Shown here piece after piece: positions 7,956 to 18,679 of a stretch of DNA of 64,000 nucleotides (position 1 is the first letter of the stretch; each line of letters starts with the position of its first letter). Where the stretch lies: assembly GCA_018065895.1 (NCBI GenBank), contig JAGHSK010000001.1, positions 5,834 to 69,833 on the forward strand, written 5' to 3'. Source of the DNA: Candidatus Cacconaster equi (GTDB lineage Bacteria; Bacteroidota; Bacteroidia; Bacteroidales; UBA932). Under the pieces are notes generated by a model. The model saw only the letters and a list, made by a program, of their open reading frames with translations. It searched no databases and was not told the DNA's origin. The translations under genes were made by a program, and so were the position numbers.

Positions 7956-10499
7956 TTAGAATTGTTGACCGATCAGGAAGTGGAACTGGCTGCGGCTCTT
8001 CTTGTCCGGGTTGTCGAAGCCATAACCCCAGTCGATTCCCAGAAGACCCACGACAGGAAGGAATACCCTGGCGCCGATACCTGCGGAACGTTTGATCTGG
8101 AACGGGTTGAACTCTTTTATGTCCGCCCAGCAGTTACCTCCTTCAAGGAAGAGAAGGGCATAAATGGTGGAACTTGTCTGCATTATGACAGGATACCTCA
8201 ACTCGATGGTGAACTTGTCATACAGGTTACCCATATAGGAACCGTTGCTGCTTATAGGTGTAAGCGAATAGTTTTCATAACCTCTCAATCCGATCACCTC
8301 CTGTCCGTAGGTATTGTAGCCTGACATACCGTCACCACCTACGATAAATCCCTCGAATGGAGAATATCCCCACTTCTTGTTGTAGTAGCCCAGATATCCG
8401 AACTGCATCCTCGTCATCAGCACGAGGTCCCCGATCAGCTTGGTATAGAGAGTGCCCTTGAAGGTCCACTTGTGATATTCAATCCAGTTGTAGTGCTCCT
8501 GTACGCTCATCTTGTTGTAGTCAATATCCCTCCATCCCTTCTTCATCATTGAGAAAGGAGGCGTCAGAGAAACGCTGAACGAGAACTCCGAGCCGGAACG
8601 AGGGTAAATCGACTGGTCAGTCGAGATACGCGACAGGTTGAACGTGTAGTTGATATTGTGGGACAAGCCCGTAGAATAAATGAACTGATATGGCCAATCC
8701 TGAAGTTTATATGACTGCCATCCCAGAGTGTTGTAGAGTACAAAATAATTGTCAGGCCATTTCAGACGCGTACCGATACCGATGCTTGCTCCGAATATCT
8801 CCATATACTGGTCGTCGTTGAGCATCTGATAGTAGTATGAAGTGTACGAGTTGGTCTGTCTTGTGAAATATGCCGAGATGCTCAGTGACGTCGGTTTCTT
8901 TCCGGTAAGCCACGGCTCCAGGAAACTTGCCGAGAGCGCCGTGTAGTATGTACCGTTGGTCTGGAACTTTATGGAAAGGTTCTGGGCGTCTCCCAGAGGA
9001 ACAGGCCTCCAGGCTTCAGCCACGAAGAAGTTGTGGGTGGAGAAGTTGTTGAAACTCAATCCAAGAGTACCCACGAACATACCGTTTCCCCATCCACCGG
9101 AGAGTTCGAGCTGGCTGTTCGGCTTCTCCTTGACGTTATAGGCTATGTCCACCATGTTGGTGTTCGGATTCGGAATGAGGCTCCATCCCTCGGAAGAAGA
9201 TGCATGCTCAGGCTCGAAATGGCCCATTGAGGCAATCTCTCTGATTGAACGCTCGAAATCCGTCTGGCGGAAGAGGTAGCCAGGTCTGGTGAATACAGCC
9301 CTGCGGACAACGTTCTCATTGGTGATGGTATTGCCGTTGATGATGATGTTGTTGAACGTGGCGGGCTTGCCCTCCACCATTCTCATCTCAACGTCCACGG
9401 AGTCGCCGTCAATGTTCATCTCCACCGGAACGATGTTGAAAAAGAGGTATCCGTTGTCGCGATACAGTTTTGATATGGAGATGTCATTCTCCTTCTCCCC
9501 TCCGAAAAGTCTCTTTTCCATCGTAGGGACGTCGTAAACGTCTCCTTTTGATATCTTGAGGATCTCATTCAGACCTTCAGTCGTGTATTCGGAGTTACCG
9601 GTCCAGGTGATGTTTCTGAAATAATATTTCTTTCCCTTGTCAATGTCGAAATGGATATTGAGCTTCCCGTCTTCATCACGGAACAGGGAGTCCTTGACTA
9701 TCTTCGCATCACGATATCCCGCCTCATTGAACGCCTCTACCAGCTTCTCCTTGTCACCGACATACTCGCTCTCAATGAATTTCTTGGAAGAAAAGAGGTT
9801 ATACCACTTTGCATCCTTCGTCTTCTTCATCGAACGGTCAAGTTTGAATTTCGAAAGTTCTCCGTTTCCATCGTAAGTGATGTGATGGACTTTCAGTTTC
9901 TTTCCTTTGTCAACGTTGAAAGTCACGCGAACCGCATTTCTGATGATGGTGTCGTTGGCAATCTCCACATCAACGTTTACATCGGCGAATCCTTTCTCCT
10001 TGTAGAATTTTTTGATGATGTCAATGGAAGAAGACTTTACGTATTCGGAGAGCTGTGATCCCCTTCGCAGGTTGAGACGTTGCTTGATTTCATCCTGATC
10101 GCCTTTCTTTATCCCTTTGTAGCTCCACGAAATGACTCTCGGACGCTCCTGAAGCACAAGTTTGAAGAATGCAGTGTCCCGGGCCGCGGAGAGGGAATCG
10201 ATTACGAGGGATATGTCGGAAACGGCGCCCTGAAGCCAGATTCGCTTGAGAGCTGCGGAAAGATCGGCCCCCGGAACGGTGACTTTCTGTCCTTCGCGCA
10301 AACCGAGAACGGAAACAACCTGTGCTTTGCTCAGATATTTGAGTCCTTCAATCTCCACACCACCGACGACGTACTCCTTGGGATTATTATAGTCAATCTC
10401 TACGTCATTGGCGGACATTGTCTTCTGTTCCTGTGCCATACACGGACTGAACAGCAGAACTGCGAAGAAAAACAACGATATCAGGTATCTTCTCATCAA
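7956..10499 (-). CDS. bamA: Outer membrane protein assembly factor BamA
   Basis: 847 aa; signal peptide; N-terminal POTRA-like repeats; C-terminal beta-barrel ending ...FHFLIGQQF; sits in the conserved uppS-bamA-skp context. Confidence 0.9.
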   Translation of the reverse strand: MMRRYLISLFFFAVLLFSPCMAQEQKTMSANDVEIDYNNPKEYVVGGVEIEGLKYLSKAQVVSVLGLREGQKVTVPGADLSAALKRIWLQGAVSDISLVIDSLSAARDTAFFKLVLQERPRVISWSYKGIKKGDQDEIKQRLNLRRGSQLSEYVKSSSIDIIKKFYKEKGFADVNVDVEIANDTIIRNAVRVTFNVDKGKKLKVHHITYDGNGELSKFKLDRSMKKTKDAKWYNLFSSKKFIESEYVGDKEKLVEAFNEAGYRDAKIVKDSLFRDEDGKLNIHFDIDKGKKYYFRNITWTGNSEYTTEGLNEILKISKGDVYDVPTMEKRLFGGEKENDISISKLYRDNGYLFFNIVPVEMNIDGDSVDVEMRMVEGKPATFNNIIINGNTITNENVVRRAVFTRPGYLFRQTDFERSIREIASMGHFEPEHASSSEGWSLIPNPNTNMVDIAYNVKEKPNSQLELSGGWGNGMFVGTLGLSFNNFSTHNFFVAEAWRPVPLGDAQNLSIKFQTNGTYYTALSASFLEPWLTGKKPTSLSISAYFTRQTNSYTSYYYQMLNDDQYMEIFGASIGIGTRLKWPDNYFVLYNTLGWQSYKLQDWPYQFIYSTGLSHNINYTFNLSRISTDQSIYPRSGSEFSFSVSLTPPFSMMKKGWRDIDYNKMSVQEHYNWIEYHKWTFKGTLYTKLIGDLVLMTRMQFGYLGYYNKKWGYSPFEGFIVGGDGMSGYNTYGQEVIGLRGYENYSLTPISSNGSYMGNLYDKFTIELRYPVIMQTSSTIYALLFLEGGNCWADIKEFNPFQIKRSAGIGARVFLPVVGLLGIDWGYGFDNPDKKSRSQFHFLIGQQF

Positions 10500-10542
10500 A
10501 TCTTGGCTCGAATAGAATTACAAATATAGCAAAAATTTCAAT

Positions 10543-11259
10543 TTATTCAACTTTACCATATCGTCTTTCCCTTTCGTTGAAACTTCGTATGGCAAGCTCG
10601 AAGTCGACTTTGCGAAAATCGGGCCAAAGGACCGGTGTGAAATAAAACTCCGTATAAGCGCACTGCCAGAGCATATAATTGCTCAGGCGCTGTTCCCCGC
10701 TCGTCCTGATCATCAAGTCGGGGTCAGGGATGCCATACGTGCTGAGATATTTTTCGAATCCCCTCTCATCCACATCAACCCTCTTTCCTGCATCGAGCAT
10801 ATCCTCCGCGTAGCGCTTGGCCGCCTGCAGGATATCCCATTTGCCGCTATAGCTGAGCATCACTATCAGATTCAACCCGGTATTGCAGGCAGTCGCCGAC
10901 TCCGTCTTCTCTATTCCCTCCACCACATCTGCCGGCAGGGCAGTCCTGTTGCCGATTACACGAAATTTGACGTTCTGCTTGAGAAAGACAGGAAGTTCAG
11001 CAACCATAGATTTGACCATCAAGGACATAAGCCCGTCAATCTCTGCCTGTGGCCTTCCCCAGTTCTCCTCGGAGAAAGCAAAGAGACTGAGGTATTTTAT
11101 CCCGTGCTCAACTGCATATTCGCAACAGGCCCTCACGCTTTCCACCCCGACATTGTGGCCGAAAAGTCTGACCTTTCCCTGTTTCTTCGCCCATCTTCCA
11201 TTACCGTCCATAATGATTGTCACATGGGTGGGCATCTGCAATTCCTTGTCCTCTTTCAT
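10543..11259 (-). CDS. uppS: Isoprenyl transferase (undecaprenyl-diphosphate synthase)
   Basis: HVTIIMDGNGRWA and IRTSGEQRLSNYMLWQ motifs. The first ATG of the ORF (11295) overlaps nadK by 31 nt, so I prefer the internal ATG at 11259 (MKEDKELQ...). Confidence 0.9.
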   Translation of the reverse strand: MKEDKELQMPTHVTIIMDGNGRWAKKQGKVRLFGHNVGVESVRACCEYAVEHGIKYLSLFAFSEENWGRPQAEIDGLMSLMVKSMVAELPVFLKQNVKFRVIGNRTALPADVVEGIEKTESATACNTGLNLIVMLSYSGKWDILQAAKRYAEDMLDAGKRVDVDERGFEKYLSTYGIPDPDLMIRTSGEQRLSNYMLWQCAYTEFYFTPVLWPDFRKVDFELAIRSFNERERRYGKVE

Positions 11260-11264
11260 TCTGT

Positions 11265-12101
11265 CTATTCGAAATTTCTTTTGTCTTCTCCCCAAAGCAA
11301 TTTGGTCCTCAACGCATTGAAGAATCCGTTTTCGGAAAGTGACACATACCTGAACCCGTATTCACCTTTGGTTATCCTGAAAACGTCCCCTTCCTTCACC
11401 TCCACGGAACGGTTGTCAAGAGTGAGAGAAGCCCGTCCCTCCCTTGACCGGAATCTCAGTTCGAACTGCGAATCCACCGGGGCCACCAACGGGCGCACGT
11501 TCAGGTTGTGAGGAGCAATAGGAGCGATTATCAGGACCTTCGACGACGGTACGACAATCGGCCCCCCGACACTCATACTATAGGCAGTACTGCCTGTAGC
11601 CGTGGCGATTACAATGCCATCAGCCCAATATGGAGGAATAGGCCGCCCATTGATTTTGAGGTCAACCGTAAGCATTCCTGCGCCCTGCCTCTGAATTGTG
11701 ATTTCATTGCCCGCATAAGGATAGAAATCCACCGGCAGTACATCGGAGGATATCTTGAGAATATCTCTCGTCTCCGTCGTGTATCTCCCTTCCAGGAGAT
11801 CTTTCACCCATCCGAGCCTCCCCTCCTCCACCTTTGCGGTGGTAAGAAAGCCAAGTCTGCCGAAATTGATGCCTGCAACTGGAATCTGCCTCTCGCGCAC
11901 GTAAGTCAGAGCCTGAAGGAAGGTCCCGTCACCCCCCAAAGAGAGGAATAGGCCCACATCTTCAGGAAGATCCGACCATGAAGTGAAATCGCGGCCGTGA
12001 ATGCACAACTCTGCACCGCCTGCGGCGAGTTCACGTTCAAGCAGTTCCAATGACGGAATCTGCCATTTGTCCAATTCTCTGAAAAATACTGCGACCTTCA
12101 T
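11265..12101 (-). CDS. nadK: NAD+ kinase
   Basis: GGDGTFL and ATGSTAYSMSVGGP motifs; 278 aa. Confidence 0.9.
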   Translation of the reverse strand: MKVAVFFRELDKWQIPSLELLERELAAGGAELCIHGRDFTSWSDLPEDVGLFLSLGGDGTFLQALTYVRERQIPVAGINFGRLGFLTTAKVEEGRLGWVKDLLEGRYTTETRDILKISSDVLPVDFYPYAGNEITIQRQGAGMLTVDLKINGRPIPPYWADGIVIATATGSTAYSMSVGGPIVVPSSKVLIIAPIAPHNLNVRPLVAPVDSQFELRFRSREGRASLTLDNRSVEVKEGDVFRITKGEYGFRYVSLSENGFFNALRTKLLWGEDKRNFE

Positions 12102-12120
12102 ATCACAACTTCCTGTAATG

Positions 12121-12128
12121 CAAATTTA
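12121..12128 (-). promoter_or_regulatory. -7 promoter box for nadK-uppS-bamA transcription unit
   Basis: Minus-strand TAAATTTG, 19 nt upstream of ATG 12101. Confidence 0.4.
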
Positions 12129-12162
12129 GGAAACTGTTTTGAATAATCTCCCCCAAAAGCAC

Positions 12163-12170
12163 TATATTTG
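12163..12170 (+). promoter_or_regulatory. -7 promoter box for pdxJ (near-leaderless)
   Basis: TATATTTG matches the Bacteroides TAnnTTTG consensus. TTTG (-33-like) lies at 12138..12141, a 21-nt spacer. Only 6 nt separate the box from ATG 12177. Confidence 0.45.
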
Positions 12171-12176
12171 TAAAAT

Positions 12177-12890
12177 ATGACAAAATTATCCGTAAACATC
12201 AACAAGATAGCCACTCTGCGCAATGCCAGAGGCGGCAATATGCCTGACGTACTTAAAGCGGCTGAAGATTGCGAACGTTTTGGCGCACAAGGCATCACCG
12301 TTCATCCCAGACCGGATGAACGGCATATCAGATACAGCGATGTGATCGCACTCAAACCACTGATCACCACCGAATTCAACATCGAAGGCAATCCTATTGA
12401 CAAATTTACGGAGCTGGTTCTCAAGGTCAGACCCACCCAGGTAACCCTCGTTCCGGACGCTGAGAATGCGCTCACTTCCAACGCAGGATGGGACACCAGA
12501 AGAAATCTCAACTTCCTCAGGAAAATATGCAAGGTCTTCAATGACGAGGGCATCCGCACCTCCATATTCGTAGACCCGATAAAGGAGATGGTACAATATG
12601 CGGCCGAGACAGGTTGCAAAAGAATAGAGCTCTATACGGAGGCATACGCAAGAAATTATCACATCAACCGGGAACAAGCCGTGGAGCCATATTTCAAGGC
12701 AGCCCAGGAAGCAGTGAAACTGGGACTCGGCATCAATGCGGGCCACGACCTGAATCTTGACAATCTTGAATATTTCAACAGGACCGTCCCCGGATTGCTT
12801 GAAGTTTCCATAGGACACGCGCTTATCTGCGACGCGCTTTATCTCGGTCTTGAAAAGACGATCAAGGCATACCTCGGAGAGTTGAAATAA
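12177..12890 (+). CDS. pdxJ: Pyridoxine 5'-phosphate synthase
   Basis: [18 protein letters not shown]-terminus, [15 protein letters not shown]; 237 aa. Confidence 0.95.
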   Translation: MTKLSVNINKIATLRNARGGNMPDVLKAAEDCERFGAQGITVHPRPDERHIRYSDVIALKPLITTEFNIEGNPIDKFTELVLKVRPTQVTLVPDAENALTSNAGWDTRRNLNFLRKICKVFNDEGIRTSIFVDPIKEMVQYAAETGCKRIELYTEAYARNYHINREQAVEPYFKAAQEAVKLGLGINAGHDLNLDNLEYFNRTVPGLLEVSIGHALICDALYLGLEKTIKAYLGELK

Positions 12891-12896
12891 ATTTAT

Positions 12897-12904
12897 TATA
12901 TTTG
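12897..12904 (+). promoter_or_regulatory. -7 promoter box for ompH-like/LysM genes
   Basis: TATATTTG, 37 nt before ATG 12942. Confidence 0.4.
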
Positions 12905-12941
12905 CATCTTTAACGGAATATCAATTTACAAATCAAATAAA

Positions 12942-13553
12942 ATGAAAAAAACCCCTCTTATCCTAAGCATCGTAGCTGTGGTTGCAGCTGTCGCTGCATT
13001 GGCAATCGCCATCGCATCACCGGCAAAGAACAAAAAAGCCGCAAGCGAAACAACTGTTGAAACCACAGCCCAGGCCGGAGATATCGTTTACCTCCGCATT
13101 GACACACTTGTAGTGCAATACGATATGTACAATGACCTCCGCTCCGCTTTCGAAGCAAAAGCCACAGGCGTTCAGGATGACCTCCAGAAGAAGAGCCGCA
13201 AATTCGACAGCGACGTCAAATCATTCGAGAATCAGATAAACAAGGGCCTTCTCACCCGTTCGGCAGCAGAACAGCAGCAGGCAGCCCTTCAGCAGCGTCA
13301 GCAGGATCTCCAGAATGAAGCCGCACAGAAACAATATGAACTTCAGGAAGAAGAAGCCGTAATGATGAACCAGGTAATGGATGCCATCAAGACATACCTT
13401 GCCGAATACAACAAGGATCATAATTTCGCAGCTATCCTCACCACAAGCGAAGCCACGAATGTTGTCATAATGGGCAGCCCTGCTCTCGACATCACTCAGG
13501 AGATTGTTGAAGGCCTCAACGCAAACTATATCAGAACAAGAAACAACCAGTAA
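12942..13553 (+). CDS. OmpH/Skp-family protein (third paralogue)
   Basis: N-terminal hydrophobic anchor; Q-rich coiled coil (AAEQQQAALQQRQQDLQNEAAQKQ); 203 aa. Confidence 0.7.
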   Translation: MKKTPLILSIVAVVAAVAALAIAIASPAKNKKAASETTVETTAQAGDIVYLRIDTLVVQYDMYNDLRSAFEAKATGVQDDLQKKSRKFDSDVKSFENQINKGLLTRSAAEQQQAALQQRQQDLQNEAAQKQYELQEEEAVMMNQVMDAIKTYLAEYNKDHNFAAILTTSEATNVVIMGSPALDITQEIVEGLNANYIRTRNNQ

Positions 13554-15118
13554 TGCGCAGAAAACTTTTTCTGTCGATGGTTCTGTTGCTGACAGTATGG
13601 ACGTTGTCGGCACAGGATTATGAGGCTCCTGAAGTAAAAATATCTTCGGAGCGCGCCAACATTGCAGGAAAAGTATATTATGTACACAAAGTTGAGCCGA
13701 AGCAGACCATTTTTTCAATCTGCAAGGCATACGGAATAACTCAGGAAGCCCTGCTTGAGGCCAACCCGTCAATGGCGGACGGCCTTAAAGCGGGCTCTTC
13801 CATTCTTGTACCGGAAGCGGTACGGGAAAACGTTCCGGATGCCGTTCAGGAGAAGGTTTCTGACGACAATCCGGAAAAGGGACAGACCAAGTGGTATGAA
13901 AAACTGCTGGGCCTGTTCAACAAATCAAAGAAGAACGAAGAAGAGGAGCCGGCACAACTCATCGTAACAGCAGCGCCCATTTCCCCTATTGTGAGCGTGA
14001 ATGATCAGGACTCTCTTCAGTTACAGGATCAAGTCAGTGAGGAGATCCGGGAGTCGGTGACATTCCGCATTTTCGACAGGACAAGGCCTCTGAGAATATC
14101 GCTGCTCCTTCCATTCAACGCATCAAATGACCCTTCTTCCAACTATTTCGATTTCTACTGCGGAGTTCTGTCTGCTTTGAGAGAATTGAAAGAAGATGGT
14201 TACTGCGTGGAGTTGTCGGTTTTCGACACCAAAGCCTCAAATCCATTGAACGATTCATCTCTCAAGGAGAGCGACCTGATTATCGGGCCTGTGCATGCTT
14301 CCGACATAGGATCGTATGCAGAATTCGCCAAAGAGAATGAAATTCCGATGGTCTCTCCGATGGACAGCAGGTCCGCAACGTTCATTCCGGAGAATCCATA
14401 TTTCTTCCTTGCACCGGCAACTGACTCCATCCAGCTGTGCAATCTTGTAAAGAGTCTCAACGTGTCGTTTGACGACAACGTCTATGTATTCTACAACTCC
14501 ACCTTGAAGGAGAAATCCCTTGTGGACAGAATCACAGCCTCACTTGACTCTGCCGGAATCCCATATCGCCATGAGGCCTACGACATCCTCATGGGCCGAG
14601 AACTTGGTGAAATGCTCGGACACCAGTGGTCAGAAAAGGGTTCCTACAAAATCATCGTGGCTTCATCTGACGCGGCCTTTGCACCTGATGTCGTCAGAAA
14701 CCTGAAACAGATTACAAGGAACAACGTTCCATTGAAGATATACTGCCTGAATGAACTCAGGAGTTTCGAATCATCGATCGATTACGACACGTTCTTCTTG
14801 ACGAACGCTCATTTCTCAGCTCCGTACTGGGTTGACTATTCCAACCAGCAGACACACGACTTCCTTCTCAAATACCGTGCTCTGTTCAACGCCGAACCGA
14901 CAGCATTCTCATTTCAGGGATACGACCTGATGAAATATTGCGTATCGGCAATGTACGACGGAGCCACCGACTTCACACAGACCACTTCACTGCCTTATAT
15001 GCGCGGGCTTCAGGGCAACTTCAGATTCGAGCGTTCTGATAAAAACAGCGGATGGCAGAACACTGCCACCCGCGATATAATCTATTCTCCCGACTTTACC
15101 GTTACATTAACGAGGTAG
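13553..15118 (+). CDS. LysM domain protein with type-1 periplasmic-binding-protein-like domain
   Basis: Signal peptide; LysM-like segment ([30 protein letters not shown]...ILVP) followed by a ~350-aa alpha/beta domain. One-nt start/stop overlap with the upstream ompH-like gene. Confidence 0.6.
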   Translation: MRRKLFLSMVLLLTVWTLSAQDYEAPEVKISSERANIAGKVYYVHKVEPKQTIFSICKAYGITQEALLEANPSMADGLKAGSSILVPEAVRENVPDAVQEKVSDDNPEKGQTKWYEKLLGLFNKSKKNEEEEPAQLIVTAAPISPIVSVNDQDSLQLQDQVSEEIRESVTFRIFDRTRPLRISLLLPFNASNDPSSNYFDFYCGVLSALRELKEDGYCVELSVFDTKASNPLNDSSLKESDLIIGPVHASDIGSYAEFAKENEIPMVSPMDSRSATFIPENPYFFLAPATDSIQLCNLVKSLNVSFDDNVYVFYNSTLKEKSLVDRITASLDSAGIPYRHEAYDILMGRELGEMLGHQWSEKGSYKIIVASSDAAFAPDVVRNLKQITRNNVPLKIYCLNELRSFESSIDYDTFFLTNAHFSAPYWVDYSNQQTHDFLLKYRALFNAEPTAFSFQGYDLMKYCVSAMYDGATDFTQTTSLPYMRGLQGNFRFERSDKNSGWQNTATRDIIYSPDFTVTLTR

Positions 15119-15911
15119 GATCGAGATTCTTCTTTTCAATATCCTTGAAATAGTTCACAGTTCCGACTTTCAATTCGACAGTCGCTGCATCGTCGCATAC
15201 GATGATTCCCTTCGGATGCATCTGAAGAACGGAAATCGTCCACATATGATTCACGGAACCCTCGACTGCGTGATACAGGGCACGTGCCTTATTGTGTCCA
15301 TTGGCGAGAATCATTACCTCCTTGGCAGACATTATTGTGGCAACACCTACGGTAAGCGCCGTCTTCGGAACCTTATTGATATCGTTGTCAAAGAAACGCG
15401 AGTTGGCAATGATGGTATCGGTGGTAAGCGATTTCACTCTGGTACGTGAGCTGAGGGAAGAACCCGGTTCGTTGAATGCAATATGACCGTCCGGACCGAT
15501 TCCACCCATGAACAGGTCTATTCCGCCATAAGATGCGATCTTGTCTTCATATTCCCTGCATTCGGCTTCAGGATCAGCGGCATTGCCGTTAAGAATGTTC
15601 ACATTCTCCTTCTTGATGTTGATATGTGAGAAGAAATGGTCCCACATGAACGTATGGTAGCTCTCAGGATGATTCTCCGGAATTCCGATATACTCATCCA
15701 TATTGAATGTCACCACATTCTCAAACGAAACTTTTCCTGTTTCATAAAGGTGAATCAATTCCTTGTAGGTTCCTATTGGAGTGGATCCTGTAGGAAGGCC
15801 CAGAACGAACGGCCTTTCAGCTGTCGGATTAAATTCATTGATTCTTTTTGCAATGTATGCCGCAGCCCACTGCGACATTTTTCCATAGGATTCTTGAATA
15901 ATTAAACGCAT
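15102..15911 (-). CDS. nagB: Glucosamine-6-phosphate deaminase
   Basis: LGLPTGSTP and [16 protein letters not shown] motifs; 269 aa. Confidence 0.95.
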   Translation of the reverse strand: MRLIIQESYGKMSQWAAAYIAKRINEFNPTAERPFVLGLPTGSTPIGTYKELIHLYETGKVSFENVVTFNMDEYIGIPENHPESYHTFMWDHFFSHINIKKENVNILNGNAADPEAECREYEDKIASYGGIDLFMGGIGPDGHIAFNEPGSSLSSRTRVKSLTTDTIIANSRFFDNDINKVPKTALTVGVATIMSAKEVMILANGHNKARALYHAVEGSVNHMWTISVLQMHPKGIIVCDDAATVELKVGTVNYFKDIEKKNLDPTSLM

Positions 15912-15922
15912 ATCTCTGTATG

Positions 15923-17536
15923 TTATTTATTTCCATCCAAAAGGACTCTCGCGTTCGCAAGAGCCGCATCAGTCAGGGTGCTTCCGCTCAACATACGGGC
16001 TATCTCCCTGACTCTTTCCTCCCCTTCAATCCTTCTTATCCTTGTCTGAGGGTTGGTCCCCCCTTCATTTTCCTTATAAACCAGATAATGGGCCGAACCT
16101 TTGCTGGCCACCTGCGGAAGATGCGTGATCGCAAAGACCTGCATCGACTTTCCGGCATCGACAACCATCGCGCCCATCTTGTCGGCAATGCTGCCGGAAA
16201 CGCCCGTATCTATTTCATCGAATATCAGTGTAGGCATACCGGTATATTTCGCCATTTCAGACTTGAGGCACAGCATTATTCTTGAAAGCTCACCTCCGCT
16301 GGCACATTTTGCAAGGTTCTGGAATTCTCCACCGTTGGCATTGAACTCGAAAACAATGTCATCCTTTCCGTCAGGGCCGAACGTCGGCTTTTCATCAATT
16401 CTCACACGGAACTTCGCATAAGGCATCTCCAGCGATTTTATCTTCTTCTCCAAATCCATTGAGAATCGTGGTGCGGCCTCTACTCTTGACTTATGCAGAC
16501 TCAGTGAAGCATCCTCACAGGATTTTTTCAGTGCATCGCATTTGTTGGAGAGTTCCACTCTCTCCGCCTCGCGGTCCGCTCCGTCCCCAAGTTTTTTTGC
16601 CAGGGAGTCCCTGATGTCAATCAATGCTGCGGCATTTTCCACGGAGTGCTTGCGCATCAGGTCATACAGCATTGACATTCTTTGTTCGACGTCAGAAAGC
16701 CTCTGTGGAGAGCATTCTATGGATTCTTCCCTTGATGCAATGTCCCCGCATATATCCTTGAGCTCCAATCTCGACGATTCCAATCTTTCTGCCAATCCTG
16801 CCAGATCGGGCAAAAAATGCGAAAGGCGGGAAAGGACATTTTCCACCTCCTTCAAACTTGATTCCATCGATACTCCGTTGCCTTCGAAAATCTGATTGAC
16901 CTTCGCAAGGCCCTCCCGGATCTGCTCACTGTTCGCCAGGCGGGAATGTTCCATTTCGAGTTCTTCCAATTCTCCAGGCTTCAGGGAAGCGGCTTTCAAC
17001 TGCTCATACTGGAACTCCAGATAGTCACGCTCTCTGGCATCCGATGCCAGCTCCGAATCAAGCCGTTCCAAACGCCCGCAGCATTCAGTGTATTCCGAGT
17101 AAAGGGAATCATAGGCCCTCAGCTCCCCACCAAGTGAGGCGAACCCGTCAAGTGCGGCAAGCTGGAATTTCTTGTCGGAAAGAAGCAACTGCTGATGCTG
17201 GGAATGGATGTCCACCAGGCCACCGGCGGCATCCCGCAACTGGTCAAGCGAAACCGGTTCATCATCAATAAAGGCACGTGAACGTCCGGCAGGATTCACC
17301 ACCCTTCGGACAATCATATCAGTTTCACCGCCGAACTCAGCTTCAACCACGCAATTGTGTGACTTGTCCTTGATGGCGGATGCATCAGCCCTTGCGCCAA
17401 GGAGAAGCGACAGCGCACCGAGCATGACTGATTTGCCTGCTCCTGTCTCCCCCGTAATAATAACAAGGTCACCCGGAAATTCAATATCCAGGTGATCTAT
17501 CAGCGCATAGTTCTCGATGCTGAGCCGTTTGAGCAT
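15923..17536 (-). CDS. recN: DNA repair protein RecN
   Basis: Walker A GETGAGKS, long coiled coil, signature SGGELSR, Walker [10 protein letters not shown]. Confidence 0.9.
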   Translation of the reverse strand: MLKRLSIENYALIDHLDIEFPGDLVIITGETGAGKSVMLGALSLLLGARADASAIKDKSHNCVVEAEFGGETDMIVRRVVNPAGRSRAFIDDEPVSLDQLRDAAGGLVDIHSQHQQLLLSDKKFQLAALDGFASLGGELRAYDSLYSEYTECCGRLERLDSELASDARERDYLEFQYEQLKAASLKPGELEELEMEHSRLANSEQIREGLAKVNQIFEGNGVSMESSLKEVENVLSRLSHFLPDLAGLAERLESSRLELKDICGDIASREESIECSPQRLSDVEQRMSMLYDLMRKHSVENAAALIDIRDSLAKKLGDGADREAERVELSNKCDALKKSCEDASLSLHKSRVEAAPRFSMDLEKKIKSLEMPYAKFRVRIDEKPTFGPDGKDDIVFEFNANGGEFQNLAKCASGGELSRIMLCLKSEMAKYTGMPTLIFDEIDTGVSGSIADKMGAMVVDAGKSMQVFAITHLPQVASKGSAHYLVYKENEGGTNPQTRIRRIEGEERVREIARMLSGSTLTDAALANARVLLDGNK

Positions 17537-17545
17537 TGCAAAAGG

Positions 17546-17860
17546 CTATTTCGCAGCCTTACGATAGATGATTTCACCGTCCTGAAACTCCTTGGTAGCA
17601 ATCAAGGTAGGCTTTGGAAGGCGTTCATAGTATTTGGAAATTTCAATCTGCTCCCTATTCTCGAATGTCTCTTCAAGAGTGTCGGCATAATTTGAGAACT
17701 CCTCAAGTTTCTTGCTCAATTCCTGCTTGATGTCGGCTGCGATCATGTTGGAGCGTTTTGCTATGATCATAACAGTCTCATAAATGTTGCCTGTAGGAGC
17801 AGCGAACTCTGAAAGGTTACGTGTAACGGTGTTGTTCGGAACTTGTTTCTTAATTTCCAT
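17546..17860 (-). CDS. RNA polymerase omega/Rpb6-like subunit
   Basis: 104 aa; NIYETVMIIAKRSNMI resembles the omega core helix; position downstream of bamD is conserved. Confidence 0.55.
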   Translation of the reverse strand: MEIKKQVPNNTVTRNLSEFAAPTGNIYETVMIIAKRSNMIAADIKQELSKKLEEFSNYADTLEETFENREQIEISKYYERLPKPTLIATKEFQDGEIIYRKAAK

Positions 17861-18671
17861 TTTCTGTATCTGTGTTATCTTTCTTTAATATTTTCTGGAC
17901 TTTGTCGTATATCCTGTCAAGTTCCTTGCGGTACTTGGTGTCAGGATACTCGCCTATGATGTTGAGATAGTCGTCAACGAAGACGAGATATCTTTCGTGC
18001 TGTTTCTCGGGGATACTGTTCAAAGCAAGCTTGTATGCCGACATCGCCGTGTAGTACAGCACATCTTCGCGATAGCGGTTGTCAGCATTGTCCCTGAGCA
18101 CATTCTTCAACGCATGATGGGCGGCGAGATAATCCTCCATATGGTAATAGAGGTGTGCGGACTTGTATGCCTTCAACTCCAGTCTGCCCTTCAATTCGTC
18201 GATAAGCGGTTCGATCACATCCCTGTACTGGCTGTCAGGATTTTCCCTGAGGAAAATTTCCATTTCGGAAATAGCCTTGTACGTAGGAAGCGGGTCGAGC
18301 TGGTATCTGTAGGTGCCTCTATAAAGGCAATCTATCCTGAGGTACTTGGCATCCTCTATGAAGGCGCTTACCGGGAAAGTGCTGATGAATTGGGAGAGAT
18401 TTGACTCGGCTGTAATGAAGTCGCCGTAGTTATAGTTGCTCAACGCCCAATAATACTGCACGGTATCATCCTGAGCGGTTCCCTTTGTCATCAACGACAA
18501 AGATTCGAACATTTCGGCCGCCTTGGCGAATTTCTTTGCGTTGAAAAGGTCGAACGCCATTTGATATTTCGCTGACAGATCCGAGCCGTTCATCACCTTG
18601 TGGAACTGCGAAGCGCAAGAGGATGACAGCAAAAGCGCCGCAAGCAATGCAAACAGTATTTTTCCTTTCAT
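17850..18671 (-). CDS. bamD: Outer membrane protein assembly factor BamD (TPR lipoprotein)
   Basis: Lipobox LLSSSC; TPR-like helical repeats; 273 aa. Confidence 0.8.
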   Translation of the reverse strand: MKGKILFALLAALLLSSSCASQFHKVMNGSDLSAKYQMAFDLFNAKKFAKAAEMFESLSLMTKGTAQDDTVQYYWALSNYNYGDFITAESNLSQFISTFPVSAFIEDAKYLRIDCLYRGTYRYQLDPLPTYKAISEMEIFLRENPDSQYRDVIEPLIDELKGRLELKAYKSAHLYYHMEDYLAAHHALKNVLRDNADNRYREDVLYYTAMSAYKLALNSIPEKQHERYLVFVDDYLNIIGEYPDTKYRKELDRIYDKVQKILKKDNTDTENGN

Positions 18672-18679
18672 CTGTTCCT

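Noticed and set aside
11265-11295. An apparent 31-nt overlap between the uppS start and the nadK 3' end.
   Set aside because: The overlap is probably an artefact of taking the most upstream ATG. An in-frame ATG at 11259 gives a normal UppS N-terminus and a 5-nt intergenic gap.
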